DNA of 64,000 nt from Oryzomonas sp. (GTDB lineage Bacteria > Desulfobacterota > Desulfuromonadia > Geobacterales > Pseudopelobacteraceae), in assembly GCF_031292255.1 (NCBI RefSeq), contig NZ_JARLHN010000012.1; one strand, 5' to 3'. A model generated the notes under the pieces. The model saw only the letters and a list, made by a program, of their open reading frames with translations. It ran no database searches and was not told where the DNA came from. The translations under genes and the position numbers were made by a program. Each line of letters begins with the position of its first letter. Within the stretch, counting starts at the first letter, position 1. Positions 37,785-47,121 of this stretch are shown here, piece by piece.

Positions 37785-38879
37785 ATGAGAAGAACAGTTA
37801 TTTTTCTAATTCTGACCCTACTTCTGACTTCCAATGCCCATGCTGTCAGGATCAAGGATATTGCTTCCTTCGATGGGGTGCGCGAGAACCAGTTGATAGG
37901 TTACGGTTTGGTCGTAGGCCTCCGCGGCAGCGGCGACAGCAGTCAGGTACTTATTCAAATCCAGTCAGTCGTAAATGTGCTGGAACGTATGGGTATCTCG
38001 ACCAATGCCAGCTCGATCCAGTTGAAGAATATAGCTGCCGTTATGGTCACGGCAACCTTGCCACCGTTTACCAATCAGGGAAACAAGCTGGATGTTCTGG
38101 TTTCCTCCATGGGAGATGCCACGAGCATTGCCGGAGGGACCCTGATAATGACGCCGCTCCGAGGTGGGGACAACCAGGTGTATGCCGTAGCTCAGGGATC
38201 GGTGCTGACAAACTCGTTTGCCTTTGGCGGACAGGCGGCCAGCGCCCAGAAGAATCATCCTACTGCCGGCACTATTCCCAATGGCGCACTTGTGGAACGA
38301 GAACTTCCCAATGTCCTGGCAGGCAAGACCAAATTGCGGCTTAATCTGAATAAAGCGGACTTTACTACGGCGTCCCGGATTGAGGCGGTAATCAATGGCA
38401 AGTTCAGCTCACAGATTGCGACGACTACGGATCCTGGTTCGGTAATCCTCAAAATTCCTGAAAGTTACGCCGACCGTACGGTCGATTTCGTAGCGGCATT
38501 GGAGACTCTTGAAGTAAGGCCGGACAATTTGGCCAAGGTGGTGCTCAACGAACGGACTGGAACCATCGTTATGGGAGAGAATGTCAGGATTTCCACAGTA
38601 GCGGTATCCCACGGCAACCTGTCCATTGTCGTTAAGGAGACCCCTCAGGTGTCCCAGCCGGCGCCGCTCAGCTCTGGCGGCCAGACGGTGACCGTACCCA
38701 GAACTGATTTGAAGGTTACCGAAGAGTCGCGCCGCCTCATGGTGGTGCCGGAAGGGGCCAGTATTGGCGATGTGGTGCGGGCTTTAAACTTCCTGGGGGT
38801 GACCCCACGCGATTTGATCGGTATTTTCCAGGCTATCAAGGCTTCGGGAGCTCTTCAGGCCGATCTTTCAATTATTTAG
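37785..38879 (+). CDS. flgI: Flagellar P-ring protein FlgI
   Basis: RIKDIA, NQLIGYGLVVGL, AAVMVTATLPPF, NERTGTIV. Confidence 0.97.
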   Translation: MRRTVIFLILTLLLTSNAHAVRIKDIASFDGVRENQLIGYGLVVGLRGSGDSSQVLIQIQSVVNVLERMGISTNASSIQLKNIAAVMVTATLPPFTNQGNKLDVLVSSMGDATSIAGGTLIMTPLRGGDNQVYAVAQGSVLTNSFAFGGQAASAQKNHPTAGTIPNGALVERELPNVLAGKTKLRLNLNKADFTTASRIEAVINGKFSSQIATTTDPGSVILKIPESYADRTVDFVAALETLEVRPDNLAKVVLNERTGTIVMGENVRISTVAVSHGNLSIVVKETPQVSQPAPLSSGGQTVTVPRTDLKVTEESRRLMVVPEGASIGDVVRALNFLGVTPRDLIGIFQAIKASGALQADLSII

Positions 38880-39082
38880 TTTCTATCCGCAAAGGGTTCT
38901 TTTTTGCCCATGCGGCGTCAATCTTCAGGCTTGCATGTGACTTCGGCCGTTGGCCTCACCCTTCGGGCGCCTTCGCGGTCCAATTTAGCAAGCAAAATTG
39001 TGCGGCGTACTGATGTACGCCTCCGCGCAATCCCTTGATTTCCTGGCCTGGACAAAAAGCCCTCCTTTCCGGATGGAAACTA
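38877..39082. mobile_element. 206-bp MITE-like element with 19-bp imperfect TIRs and a nested 63-bp hairpin unit
   Basis: Left end TAGTTTCTATCCGCAAAGG and right end CCTTTCCGGATGGAAACTA are 17/19 complementary. Internal palindrome GGCGTAC-TGAT-GTACGCC. No transposase. Confidence 0.75.
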
Positions 39083-39097
39083 TTTAACGGGGAAGAC

Positions 39098-39124
39098 TCA
39101 AAAAAACTCCAGATGTGGCGATAA
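39098..39124 (+). promoter_or_regulatory. sigma28 promoter upstream of flgJ-flgN-flgN-flgK-flgL
   Basis: TCAA-N15-GGCGATAA against consensus TAAA-N15-GCCGATAA. Confidence 0.6.
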
Positions 39125-39136
39125 GAGAATAAAGCT

Positions 39137-39511
39137 ATGGACACAAGCATATCCCAAATTGCAATCAGTTCCGATACCGCTTCCGTGGAGAAGGCGCGTC
39201 AACTGCTGCGCCAGACGGACGGTGTTTCAGGGGGGGTAAGCGCGCAACAACGTGCTCAGGCCCACAAAATATCACAGGATTTTGAAGCCCTTTTCTTGGG
39301 AATGATGATGAAATCCATGCGCGCGACGGTAGGTCAGGACGCCCTGACCGGCGGCGGCCATGGTGAAGAAGTTTTTCGCCCCCTTTTGGACCAGGAATAT
39401 GCCGCAGTTGCTGCTAAACGGGGCGTGGGACTGGCGCCGCTTATCGAAAAGGAAATTGTTCGACAGGAGGAAAGCCGCAACAACATCAAAAAGTCGGACA
39501 AAACGGAATAA
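39137..39511 (+). CDS. flgJ: Rod-binding-only FlgJ (no muramidase domain)
   Basis: QDFEALFLGMMMKSMRATV, LLDQEYA, GVGLA; 124 aa. Confidence 0.9.
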   Translation: MDTSISQIAISSDTASVEKARQLLRQTDGVSGGVSAQQRAQAHKISQDFEALFLGMMMKSMRATVGQDALTGGGHGEEVFRPLLDQEYAAVAAKRGVGLAPLIEKEIVRQEESRNNIKKSDKTE

Positions 39512-39538
39512 ATTCCGTTGCACTGAGGAAAAGATATA

Positions 39539-40018
39539 GTGAATACAGCATTGTTAGAAATACTATCGGTCCAGCTTCGCCTGCTCGATGAGTTATACAA
39601 AACCCTTGAACGGGAGACGCAAGAACTCGGGAACATATGCCTGGAAGCCATGGCCGGGACCAACCTGGAAAAAGAGAAACTTATAGGGCAAATCGAGACG
39701 CATTCCGCCGTGCTTCGCAAGGCCGTTGCCACGTCAGGGTCTGACTTGGGACTTGCCCCGGATGCCACGCTGGCTGATGTTGCCGCCACCTCGCGGCAGA
39801 AAGATATTGCACACTTATACAACGAACTCCTTGCGGCAGTGCAACGAGTTCAGAGTCGTGCTGCCATGAATCATAAGATTGCGGTAAATTTTGAGGTAAC
39901 TACAGGTTCTACACTGAATTTTCTGGGCCGTCTTATCAACCAATCCAGCATGTACGGGGCCTCGGGCAGTTACCTGCAGGGGGCGTCAGGTGCGGTCATG
40001 ATCAACAGGAAGGCTTGA
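39539..40018 (+). CDS. flgN: FlgN-family export chaperone (copy 1)
   Basis: Helical, 159 aa, upstream of flgK; C-terminal LINQSSMYGASG...MINRKA. Confidence 0.8.
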   Translation: MNTALLEILSVQLRLLDELYKTLERETQELGNICLEAMAGTNLEKEKLIGQIETHSAVLRKAVATSGSDLGLAPDATLADVAATSRQKDIAHLYNELLAAVQRVQSRAAMNHKIAVNFEVTTGSTLNFLGRLINQSSMYGASGSYLQGASGAVMINRKA

Positions 40019-40071
40019 TATCATTCCCGGTTAATATGCATGAGTGTCAATATGTAAGGGGACCTGATGTT

Positions 40072-40554
40072 ATGGATACGAAAACACTTGAAGAAAAACT
40101 ATTCAGTCAACTTCAGTTGTATGAAAGGCTTTACCATCTTCTTGGAGAAGAAACCGGTGCGCTTGCCGCCATGAATCTTGAGGATATGGAAAATATGACT
40201 CGGCAAAAAAATGAGCTTTCGGAGAACATTCGAGAGGCTGACGCCTCACTCCGCCAGATTATTTCCGCACTGGCCGCAGAGCGGGGATTTGGACCGGATG
40301 TTGCCCTGGCAACGATTGCCGCATCAACGGGAAAGCAAAAGATTTTGCAATTGTGTCGGAAACTTGCCGGAACATGGCAGCGCATCCAGGAGGTTTCCGT
40401 CATAAATTGCACAATTTCCAAACAATTTATGAAAACAGCCGTTTTGGCGAGCGACCTCATGGGCAATCTGATCAATCGCTCAAACATGTATGGGTCATCC
40501 GGTGGTTATGTGTGGAACTCGTCCAAATCAATCATGATCAATAAGGAGGCATAA
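40072..40554 (+). CDS. flgN: FlgN-family export chaperone (copy 2)
   Basis: Colinear with copy 1; LINRSNMYGSSG...MINKEA. Confidence 0.8.
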   Translation: MDTKTLEEKLFSQLQLYERLYHLLGEETGALAAMNLEDMENMTRQKNELSENIREADASLRQIISALAAERGFGPDVALATIAASTGKQKILQLCRKLAGTWQRIQEVSVINCTISKQFMKTAVLASDLMGNLINRSNMYGSSGGYVWNSSKSIMINKEA

Positions 40555-40556
40555 GC

Positions 40557-41963
40557 ATGGGCATGAGCCTTAATTCAGCGTTACAGATTGCAGCCAGCGG
40601 TGTCAACGCATATCAGGCCGCCATCAGCGTAACCAGTGAAAATATCTCTAATATCAACACACCCGGATACACCACCCAGACCGCGGTACTTGAAACTGCC
40701 GCCCAGCCGGCCTCTTCAGGCAGTCTATCCGTGGGAAGCGGTGTGACCGTCACCTCCATACAGCGCTCCTATGATGCTTACCTGCAAACTCAGATTGACA
40801 ATTCCCAGACCACCCAAGGGTATGATACCGCCAATTCCACGATGCTTCAGGAGATTCAACCCTCCTTCAACGAAGTTAACAGTGACGGTATTGGGACTGC
40901 GATCAGTACTTTTTTCAATGCGTGGCAGAACGTGGCCGACGATCCGACGAGCACTGCGAATCGGCAGTCGGTAGTGACGGCCGCCCAGACCCTTGCGGAC
41001 AACTTCAATTCCGTCAGCAACACCCTTTCGAGCGACATTACATCTCTCAATACGTCGCTTGGCACCACGACAAGCAGCATCAACCAGAGCTTGGCAAGTA
41101 TTGCCCAGCTCAACAGCCAGATCAAGGTAATAACCGAATCCGGTGGCAATGCAAATGTCCTCGAAGATCAGCAAGACGAGGCTGTGCAGAATCTTGCAAA
41201 GCAGATTGGGATTACCGGCACGCAAAACAGCGATGGCACCATGGATATCAAATTTACCGATACCGGCGACGCTCTGGTCAGCGGATCGCAAGCGGGATCG
41301 TTTTCGTTGACAACCGATGCCGTGACCGGTCTGAATGATGTGAACCTGACTCCGGCCGGAAGCGCGGCCTCCAGTGCGGTATCGCCTGTTTCGGGTCAGC
41401 TTGGCGCAACGATGGTTCTGATGAATACCACTATTCCCGGCTATCAGAACCAGCTCAATTCTCTGGCAAGTACCATTGCAACCGCGGTTAATACTCAGCA
41501 GGGAGCCGGCTATGACCTGAATGGCAACAGTGGGGCCGCCCTGTTCACTTCTTCAACGTCTGCTCCAATAAGTGCCGCAACGATATCCTTGAATCCAGCA
41601 ATAACCACCAGCCAGATCGCCGCGGCGTCGGCAAGCAATTCCGGCGACGGCAACAGCGCACTGACGATGGCGAATCTTGCCAATGATACCACGCAAATGG
41701 GTGGCCAAACTTTCAGCGGCTATTACAACAGCCTGGTCAGCAAAGTCGGCCAGGATGTCCAGACCAGTAAAAATGCCGTTACCCAAGGCGCAGCTTACAG
41801 CAATCAATTGAGTACGCTTCAACAATCAAACTCGGGCGTTTCACTGAATCAGGAGTTGATCAATCTCACCACGTACCAGCAGTCGTATGGAGCATCGGCC
41901 AAGGTAATTGTTGCGGTAAACAATATGATGAATGATCTCTTGGCTATGATCGCCGCCGCATAG
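40557..41963 (+). CDS. flgK: Hook-associated protein FlgK
   Basis: ENISNINTPGY, FFNAWQ, GYDLNG, SGVSLNQELINL...YGASAKVI. Confidence 0.95.
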   Translation: MGMSLNSALQIAASGVNAYQAAISVTSENISNINTPGYTTQTAVLETAAQPASSGSLSVGSGVTVTSIQRSYDAYLQTQIDNSQTTQGYDTANSTMLQEIQPSFNEVNSDGIGTAISTFFNAWQNVADDPTSTANRQSVVTAAQTLADNFNSVSNTLSSDITSLNTSLGTTTSSINQSLASIAQLNSQIKVITESGGNANVLEDQQDEAVQNLAKQIGITGTQNSDGTMDIKFTDTGDALVSGSQAGSFSLTTDAVTGLNDVNLTPAGSAASSAVSPVSGQLGATMVLMNTTIPGYQNQLNSLASTIATAVNTQQGAGYDLNGNSGAALFTSSTSAPISAATISLNPAITTSQIAAASASNSGDGNSALTMANLANDTTQMGGQTFSGYYNSLVSKVGQDVQTSKNAVTQGAAYSNQLSTLQQSNSGVSLNQELINLTTYQQSYGASAKVIVAVNNMMNDLLAMIAAA

Positions 41964-42046
41964 TCATGGCGCTGGGCAACTAATAATTTCCTGCGGATAA
42001 ACTCCAGGCACCGTAATAAAAACAATTCAGCCAAGTGGAGGCTTAG

Positions 42047-42937
42047 ATGAGAATTACTTCAAATATGACGGCCAATAACACAATTTACAATTTGCAGAAT
42101 GCGCAGACAACCTTAAACAATCTGACCGAATTGGTCACATCGGGGCAAAATGTCAATCAACCGAGCGACAACCCTGCGGCCATGAATACTCTGTTGAATG
42201 CTAACGACTCGATTAATGCCCTGAATCAGTATGCTACCAATAGCACACTGGGCACAACCACACTACAGACTACAAGTAATGCACTGAGCGGAATTTCCAG
42301 TGTCATTTCACAGGCTGAGGAATTGGCCGGCTCTATTTCCAGTGGAACTACGAGCACCACAACACAGCAAAGTGCGATCCAACAGTTGACGTCCCTTAAA
42401 CAACAACTAATAGGGTATGGCAATACCCAGTCGGGGAACACCTATGTGTTGGGGGGGACTGACACTTCAACACCTCCGTTCAGCACGTCGAGCAATACTT
42501 ACAGCGGGAACAGCAACCAGTCTGAAATGGAAATAGCCCCAAATGTCAATCAGAGCGTGAGTTTCGACGGTAGTAGCGTTTTGTTGGGTACGGGGTCATA
42601 TGGTTCAACGAATATACTGCAATCGATTGATAATTTGATTACCGCAGTGGGAGCCAATAATGTGACCGGTATACAGCAGGGTGCAAGCGATCTCGAGTCT
42701 GCCGCTACCCAGGTCAACAATGCGCAAGTCGATGTCAGCGCGCGATTGACTACATTCAGCAATATGTCTACGATGAATACCAACAATCTAAACACACTGC
42801 AGAGTGTGATCGACAATATCCAGACCGTGAACATGACTCAGGTGGGGGTTGAACTGGAGCAGCAGCAGACCGGCTATAGCGCGGCGCTTGCCGCAACTGA
42901 ACAGGTGTCCCAACTGTCGCTTCTGAATTATATGTAG
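42047..42937 (+). CDS. flgL: Hook-associated protein FlgL
   Basis: MRIT start, SG..VNQPSDNP, YVLGG...PPF, SLLNYM end. Confidence 0.93.
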   Translation: MRITSNMTANNTIYNLQNAQTTLNNLTELVTSGQNVNQPSDNPAAMNTLLNANDSINALNQYATNSTLGTTTLQTTSNALSGISSVISQAEELAGSISSGTTSTTTQQSAIQQLTSLKQQLIGYGNTQSGNTYVLGGTDTSTPPFSTSSNTYSGNSNQSEMEIAPNVNQSVSFDGSSVLLGTGSYGSTNILQSIDNLITAVGANNVTGIQQGASDLESAATQVNNAQVDVSARLTTFSNMSTMNTNNLNTLQSVIDNIQTVNMTQVGVELEQQQTGYSAALAATEQVSQLSLLNYM

Positions 42938-43052
42938 CTCCTCGCCGCCTTGATCTCATCCTTGATTTGGAATCGGTATTACGTCCGAGGAGGAAGGGGC
43001 CTGCCCTGTTACCACACGACAACGGTGTATGAGGCAAGCCATATAACAAATC

Positions 43053-44381
43053 ATGCAGCACCGTCATAAACCGGTTTCCATCCGGCGCAATGTCTTCCGT
43101 CTCTCCATGCCGGTGCTCCTCTCCTCGCTGTTCCAGCGGCTGGTATCCATCGTCGATATATTCCTGACCGGCGGCCTGGGGGCTGCGGCCATCGCTGCCA
43201 CCGGGTTGGGCCAACTGCTGATGTTCGTCACCATGACCGTGTTCTGGGGGTTAGCCACCGGGACGACGGTGGTGATCGCCCATTTGTGGGGTGCCGGTAG
43301 GCGCGAAGAGGCCCGCCGGGCGGCATTTGTGAGTTGTCTTGCCTGCCTGGCCATGACGGCGGCATGCACGGTGGCGGGCTCCGTCTGGGGGGGGGACATC
43401 GCCCGCCTGATGGGCGCCACCGCCGATGTCCAGGCCCTGGCGGCCGAATACATCCGCCTGGTGTTTCTCTGGCTGATATGGACAACCGGCCTCAATATCC
43501 TCTCCGCCATCATGCAAGGCGCCGGTGACACCCACACGCCGATGGAGGCGGTCATCCTGGTCAATATCCTGCACGTTGTCCTGGCCTGGCCGTTGATCTA
43601 CGGCCGGTTAGGCCTTCCGGCGCTGGGGGTCAAGGGCGCGGCCATTGCCATCAACAGCTCGGAATTCGTGGGCTGCTCCTACTTGCTGATCCAGGCTGTA
43701 CGCAAGCGATATCTCACCTTCGGGCGGCCGGCCGGCCCGCTTTTCGGCAGGATCTGGCGTGTGGGGTGGCCGGTTGCCCTGGAGCGTGTAGCCCAGCAGA
43801 GCGGCCAACTCTTCTACTCAAGCTACATCATCGCTTACGGCACCGGCGCCTATGCCGCCCACCAGATCGGACTTTCCATCGAATCGCTCTCCTTCATGCC
43901 CGGCGCCGGCATGGGTATTGCCGCCGCTACGCTCATGGGGCAGGCCTTGGGGGCCAACAAGCTGCGCCGTGCCCGTATCAGCCATAACGAGGCGCTGCGG
44001 CTGGCCGTGGTGGTCATGACCCTCATGGCGTTGCTTTTTTTCTGCGTCCCGCACTATCTGATCGGGCTGTTCACCCATGATGGCGACGTCATCGAAAAGG
44101 GTAGCGTGTTCCTGAGGCTGGTGGCCTTTGCCCAGGTGCCGCTGGCGATCTCGTTCGTCTATGCCGGTAGCCTGCGGGGGACGGGCGACACCTTCTACGT
44201 CTTCATCGTTACGCTGGTTGCCATGTGGGGGATCCGGGTGGCGCTGTCATGGGTGGCTGCCGTATGGCTGCACCTCTCACTGTACGCCGTATGGGGGGTG
44301 TTTCTGATCGATTGGTACTTCCGCGGTGCCGCCTTCGCCTGGAGGTATCACAAGCGGGACCTGCATGGCGTGATGATGTAA
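43053..44381 (+). CDS. MATE-family efflux transporter
   Basis: About 12 TMs in two repeats; GAGDTHTPM, LGVKGAAIA, LRGTGDT. Confidence 0.93.
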   Translation: MQHRHKPVSIRRNVFRLSMPVLLSSLFQRLVSIVDIFLTGGLGAAAIAATGLGQLLMFVTMTVFWGLATGTTVVIAHLWGAGRREEARRAAFVSCLACLAMTAACTVAGSVWGGDIARLMGATADVQALAAEYIRLVFLWLIWTTGLNILSAIMQGAGDTHTPMEAVILVNILHVVLAWPLIYGRLGLPALGVKGAAIAINSSEFVGCSYLLIQAVRKRYLTFGRPAGPLFGRIWRVGWPVALERVAQQSGQLFYSSYIIAYGTGAYAAHQIGLSIESLSFMPGAGMGIAAATLMGQALGANKLRRARISHNEALRLAVVVMTLMALLFFCVPHYLIGLFTHDGDVIEKGSVFLRLVAFAQVPLAISFVYAGSLRGTGDTFYVFIVTLVAMWGIRVALSWVAAVWLHLSLYAVWGVFLIDWYFRGAAFAWRYHKRDLHGVMM

Positions 44382-44529
44382 TTCCGTTTTTAAACCAAAG
44401 CGCGACTCCTCGTTTGGCTCGTCCTCGGCTAACGGTAATCCTCGCTCCCTCGGTTTTCTCCTTATTTGACTCCGGCATACGGTCCGTCCGGATTGACGGC
44501 CGTGCCGCCCCGTTGATGAACCGCGCCGG

Positions 44530-45087
44530 CTAAAAGGTCCAGCTGACCGCGATCAGGTGCATGTCGAGGCCCGGGTTGGGGGTCCCCTCTTCGTAAAAAA
44601 TATGTCCGTTCGAGATATGCTGCAGGCGGTACCCGATCTTAAGCCCGTCGTCGAAGCGATAAAACAGGCCGATATAGGCGCCAAATAGCAGCATGCTGCC
44701 GAAATCCTGATCGCCGAAGTGGCGCTTGTCCAGGAAGTTGGCATTGATGCCGATCTCAGGGGCCAGGCCGAAGTGCGGTTTGTCGAGTACAAGACCTGCC
44801 CCCACGGTACCGATGAAGCCGCTTACATCCGGATCATCAAGAAGGGCACCGGCAGACACGCTGAGTTGCGGGGCCAGGCCCCATCCGGAAGACGACCGCC
44901 AATCCCAGGGAAGTCCGTACACCGCAAACATCTCATATTGACGAAAATAGCCATGCTCGTAGCCGGCCTGAAGGCCCATTCTCAGGCCGACTTCATTCCA
45001 CCCCCCCGGTGCGTCCGCGCAGATAGCCGGCCAGGGGTTTGAAAGAAGATAAACCAGCGAAAACAAGATGATAAGATTTCGTGCCAT
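44530..45087 (-). CDS. PagL-like lipid A 3-O-deacylase (acyloxyacyl hydrolase family, OM beta-barrel)
   Basis: Signal peptide, amphipathic strands, YRLQHISNG (HxSN), NPGLD, terminal Phe. Confidence 0.8.
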   Translation of the reverse strand: MARNLIILFSLVYLLSNPWPAICADAPGGWNEVGLRMGLQAGYEHGYFRQYEMFAVYGLPWDWRSSSGWGLAPQLSVSAGALLDDPDVSGFIGTVGAGLVLDKPHFGLAPEIGINANFLDKRHFGDQDFGSMLLFGAYIGLFYRFDDGLKIGYRLQHISNGHIFYEEGTPNPGLDMHLIAVSWTF

Positions 45088-45252
45088 AGTGCCCTCCACG
45101 TTGGCCCATGGGAAAAGATAACCGAAGTTTTGCATTCGTCTTATGGAGGTCCAGCGATATGAAAGATGGTTTTCGGCCTTGTTTCCCATATTCAGTTATT
45201 AGTTTAGATGGTTTGAACGAATTGTAAAGGTTTTCCAGCGTTCTTTTTGTCT

Positions 45253-47091
45253 CTAACTCAGGCCCTTCCTGATCTGATACAGCCCCTCCAGGTTCAACCC
45301 GTTCTTCTCGTAGTATTCCCGCTCCAGCTCCTCCACGTAGAAACGGTCGAGCCCGGAGTTCTCCAGAAAATCCTCCCGCAGACCCACATTGCGTTCGGCG
45401 ATGATCTGGGGCAGCAGGGAGTGGATATACATGGCCTCCCTATTGATGGTAAAGATGGTTTCATTGAAGAGGTGGTGGGGAATATCGGCCTTGATGAGTT
45501 TCTTGTTTTTCAACTCCTCGGCCACCTCGCGGCGCAGCGCTTCCTGGTCGGCTCTGGTAGTGAACTTGGAGTAGAAGTTGCGAATCCGGTCGCGCACATG
45601 CTCCAGCAGAACCCATGAGATCCGTTCTTCCTGGTCAATCTTCTGTAGTTGCAGGTGCAAATCCTCAATATTGCCGGTACGATTCTCAATGGTGGCGAGC
45701 CCTTCCAGCAGGGCGGTAATCTTGCGTCTGCCGAATCGCCCCAGGTAGGCGTTCTGGAACAGTTCGTGGATGAACAACTCCTCGAAGCATCCCTCCTTGA
45801 GATTGTCAAAGGCGGCCTTGTGCTCCAGGAGCCCCTGCAGCATCTCCTCGCTGACCCGCACGTTTTCCATGAAGGCCAGCTGGCTGATAAGGTTCGAGAC
45901 GCTGTCGAAACGGTCCAGGTACGTGATGATGTAGGAAAAACCGTCCATCAGACCCGGATCGACGCCGTCCCGGATCTTTTCGTCGCACCCCCTGCTGGCA
46001 TTCAGCATGAGTTGGTCAAAGGAATGGTCGCGGTTTTCCATGGCCTTTTTCTTGGCAATGATCAGGTTGAGCATATCCTCGCGGTTGATATGGCTTTCGA
46101 TCTGCATCTCTCTGAGGAAGATCCCTTCCAAGATCTCGCGGGTTACGGAGATGTAATCCCGTTCTTCGTGCAGGATCAGGTTGCGCCCTCTCTTGAGCAT
46201 CTCGTCCAAGGTGTAGAACAGGGCACCGGGGATCTTGTTGCGCACTGACAGCGTTTTGAGACGGGTCAGCCGGGCATTGTCCAGAGGGCTGATTTCACTC
46301 TTGCTGTTGCAGGCCAGGAGGATATTGCGGTATTCGTCCACGATGCGCTTGTTGGACGGATGGCGGTACATGGCGTCGATGCGCATGCGTTCCTGCTGGT
46401 AGCGGTCGATCTGGTAGGTGGCCGCAACGTTGACCAGCCGGGCGAAATCGTCGTCGGCAATCTTCTTGTTGCGATAGTAGAGGTTTTTGAAGAGGTCGCG
46501 ATATTCCCGGTGGTGGCGGTTGATCAACTTGATGATGAAAAGCTGGGCCGAATCATCCCCGAGCAGTGGAAATATGTTGGCGATGAGGGTATCGTCCCGC
46601 TCGTCGCCCACGGCTTCGGAACGCTTGATGACCTTGCCGAGTTTTTTGACCAGTTCCTCCTGCTGATATTTGAGTTTGCGGGAAAGCTGGTTGGAATGGA
46701 CGAAAAAATAGTAGTTGCAGACGGCGTTTCCTTCGAAAAATATATTTTCAAAGCTTTCTTCCCCATGGGCACGTTCGCTGAAACGGATTGAGCCCTTGTC
46801 GTCGGAACGCGCGCCGTACATGACCAGGCGATTGATGATGTCGGGTTTGGCAAGGTCGGAGGATGGTTGATCGACACCGAACATGTATTCGCAAAAATAG
46901 CCGCCGTTGCCCTGGTAGCTGACCCCCTGAGGTGTGATGATGAACTCGTTGCCCGGAGAAAAGATGCGGAGGTGCTCCTCCTCCTGGACGATGTTAAAGA
47001 AATAACGCTGATAGGCCTCGTTGCCGACCACCATGACGAAATATTCGACATGGTCGCCGACCTGCCCATGAAGCCGTATGTCCTTGTGCAT
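45253..47091 (-). CDS. Large conserved alpha-helical protein of unknown function (recalled as TIGR04442-like)
   Basis: 612 aa, host-like codon use, RBS GGAGAGG. Motifs GGYFCEYMFGVDQP and LREDFLENSGLDRFYVEELE. Family name is from memory, not a search. Confidence 0.7.
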   Translation of the reverse strand: MHKDIRLHGQVGDHVEYFVMVVGNEAYQRYFFNIVQEEEHLRIFSPGNEFIITPQGVSYQGNGGYFCEYMFGVDQPSSDLAKPDIINRLVMYGARSDDKGSIRFSERAHGEESFENIFFEGNAVCNYYFFVHSNQLSRKLKYQQEELVKKLGKVIKRSEAVGDERDDTLIANIFPLLGDDSAQLFIIKLINRHHREYRDLFKNLYYRNKKIADDDFARLVNVAATYQIDRYQQERMRIDAMYRHPSNKRIVDEYRNILLACNSKSEISPLDNARLTRLKTLSVRNKIPGALFYTLDEMLKRGRNLILHEERDYISVTREILEGIFLREMQIESHINREDMLNLIIAKKKAMENRDHSFDQLMLNASRGCDEKIRDGVDPGLMDGFSYIITYLDRFDSVSNLISQLAFMENVRVSEEMLQGLLEHKAAFDNLKEGCFEELFIHELFQNAYLGRFGRRKITALLEGLATIENRTGNIEDLHLQLQKIDQEERISWVLLEHVRDRIRNFYSKFTTRADQEALRREVAEELKNKKLIKADIPHHLFNETIFTINREAMYIHSLLPQIIAERNVGLREDFLENSGLDRFYVEELEREYYEKNGLNLEGLYQIRKGLS

Positions 47092-47121
47092 GGTCTGCCT
47101 CTCCAATCACGATTAATTACA

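Noticed and set aside
39137-39511. FlgJ as a truncated pseudogene
   Set aside because: Single-domain rod-binding FlgJ is a well-known natural form.
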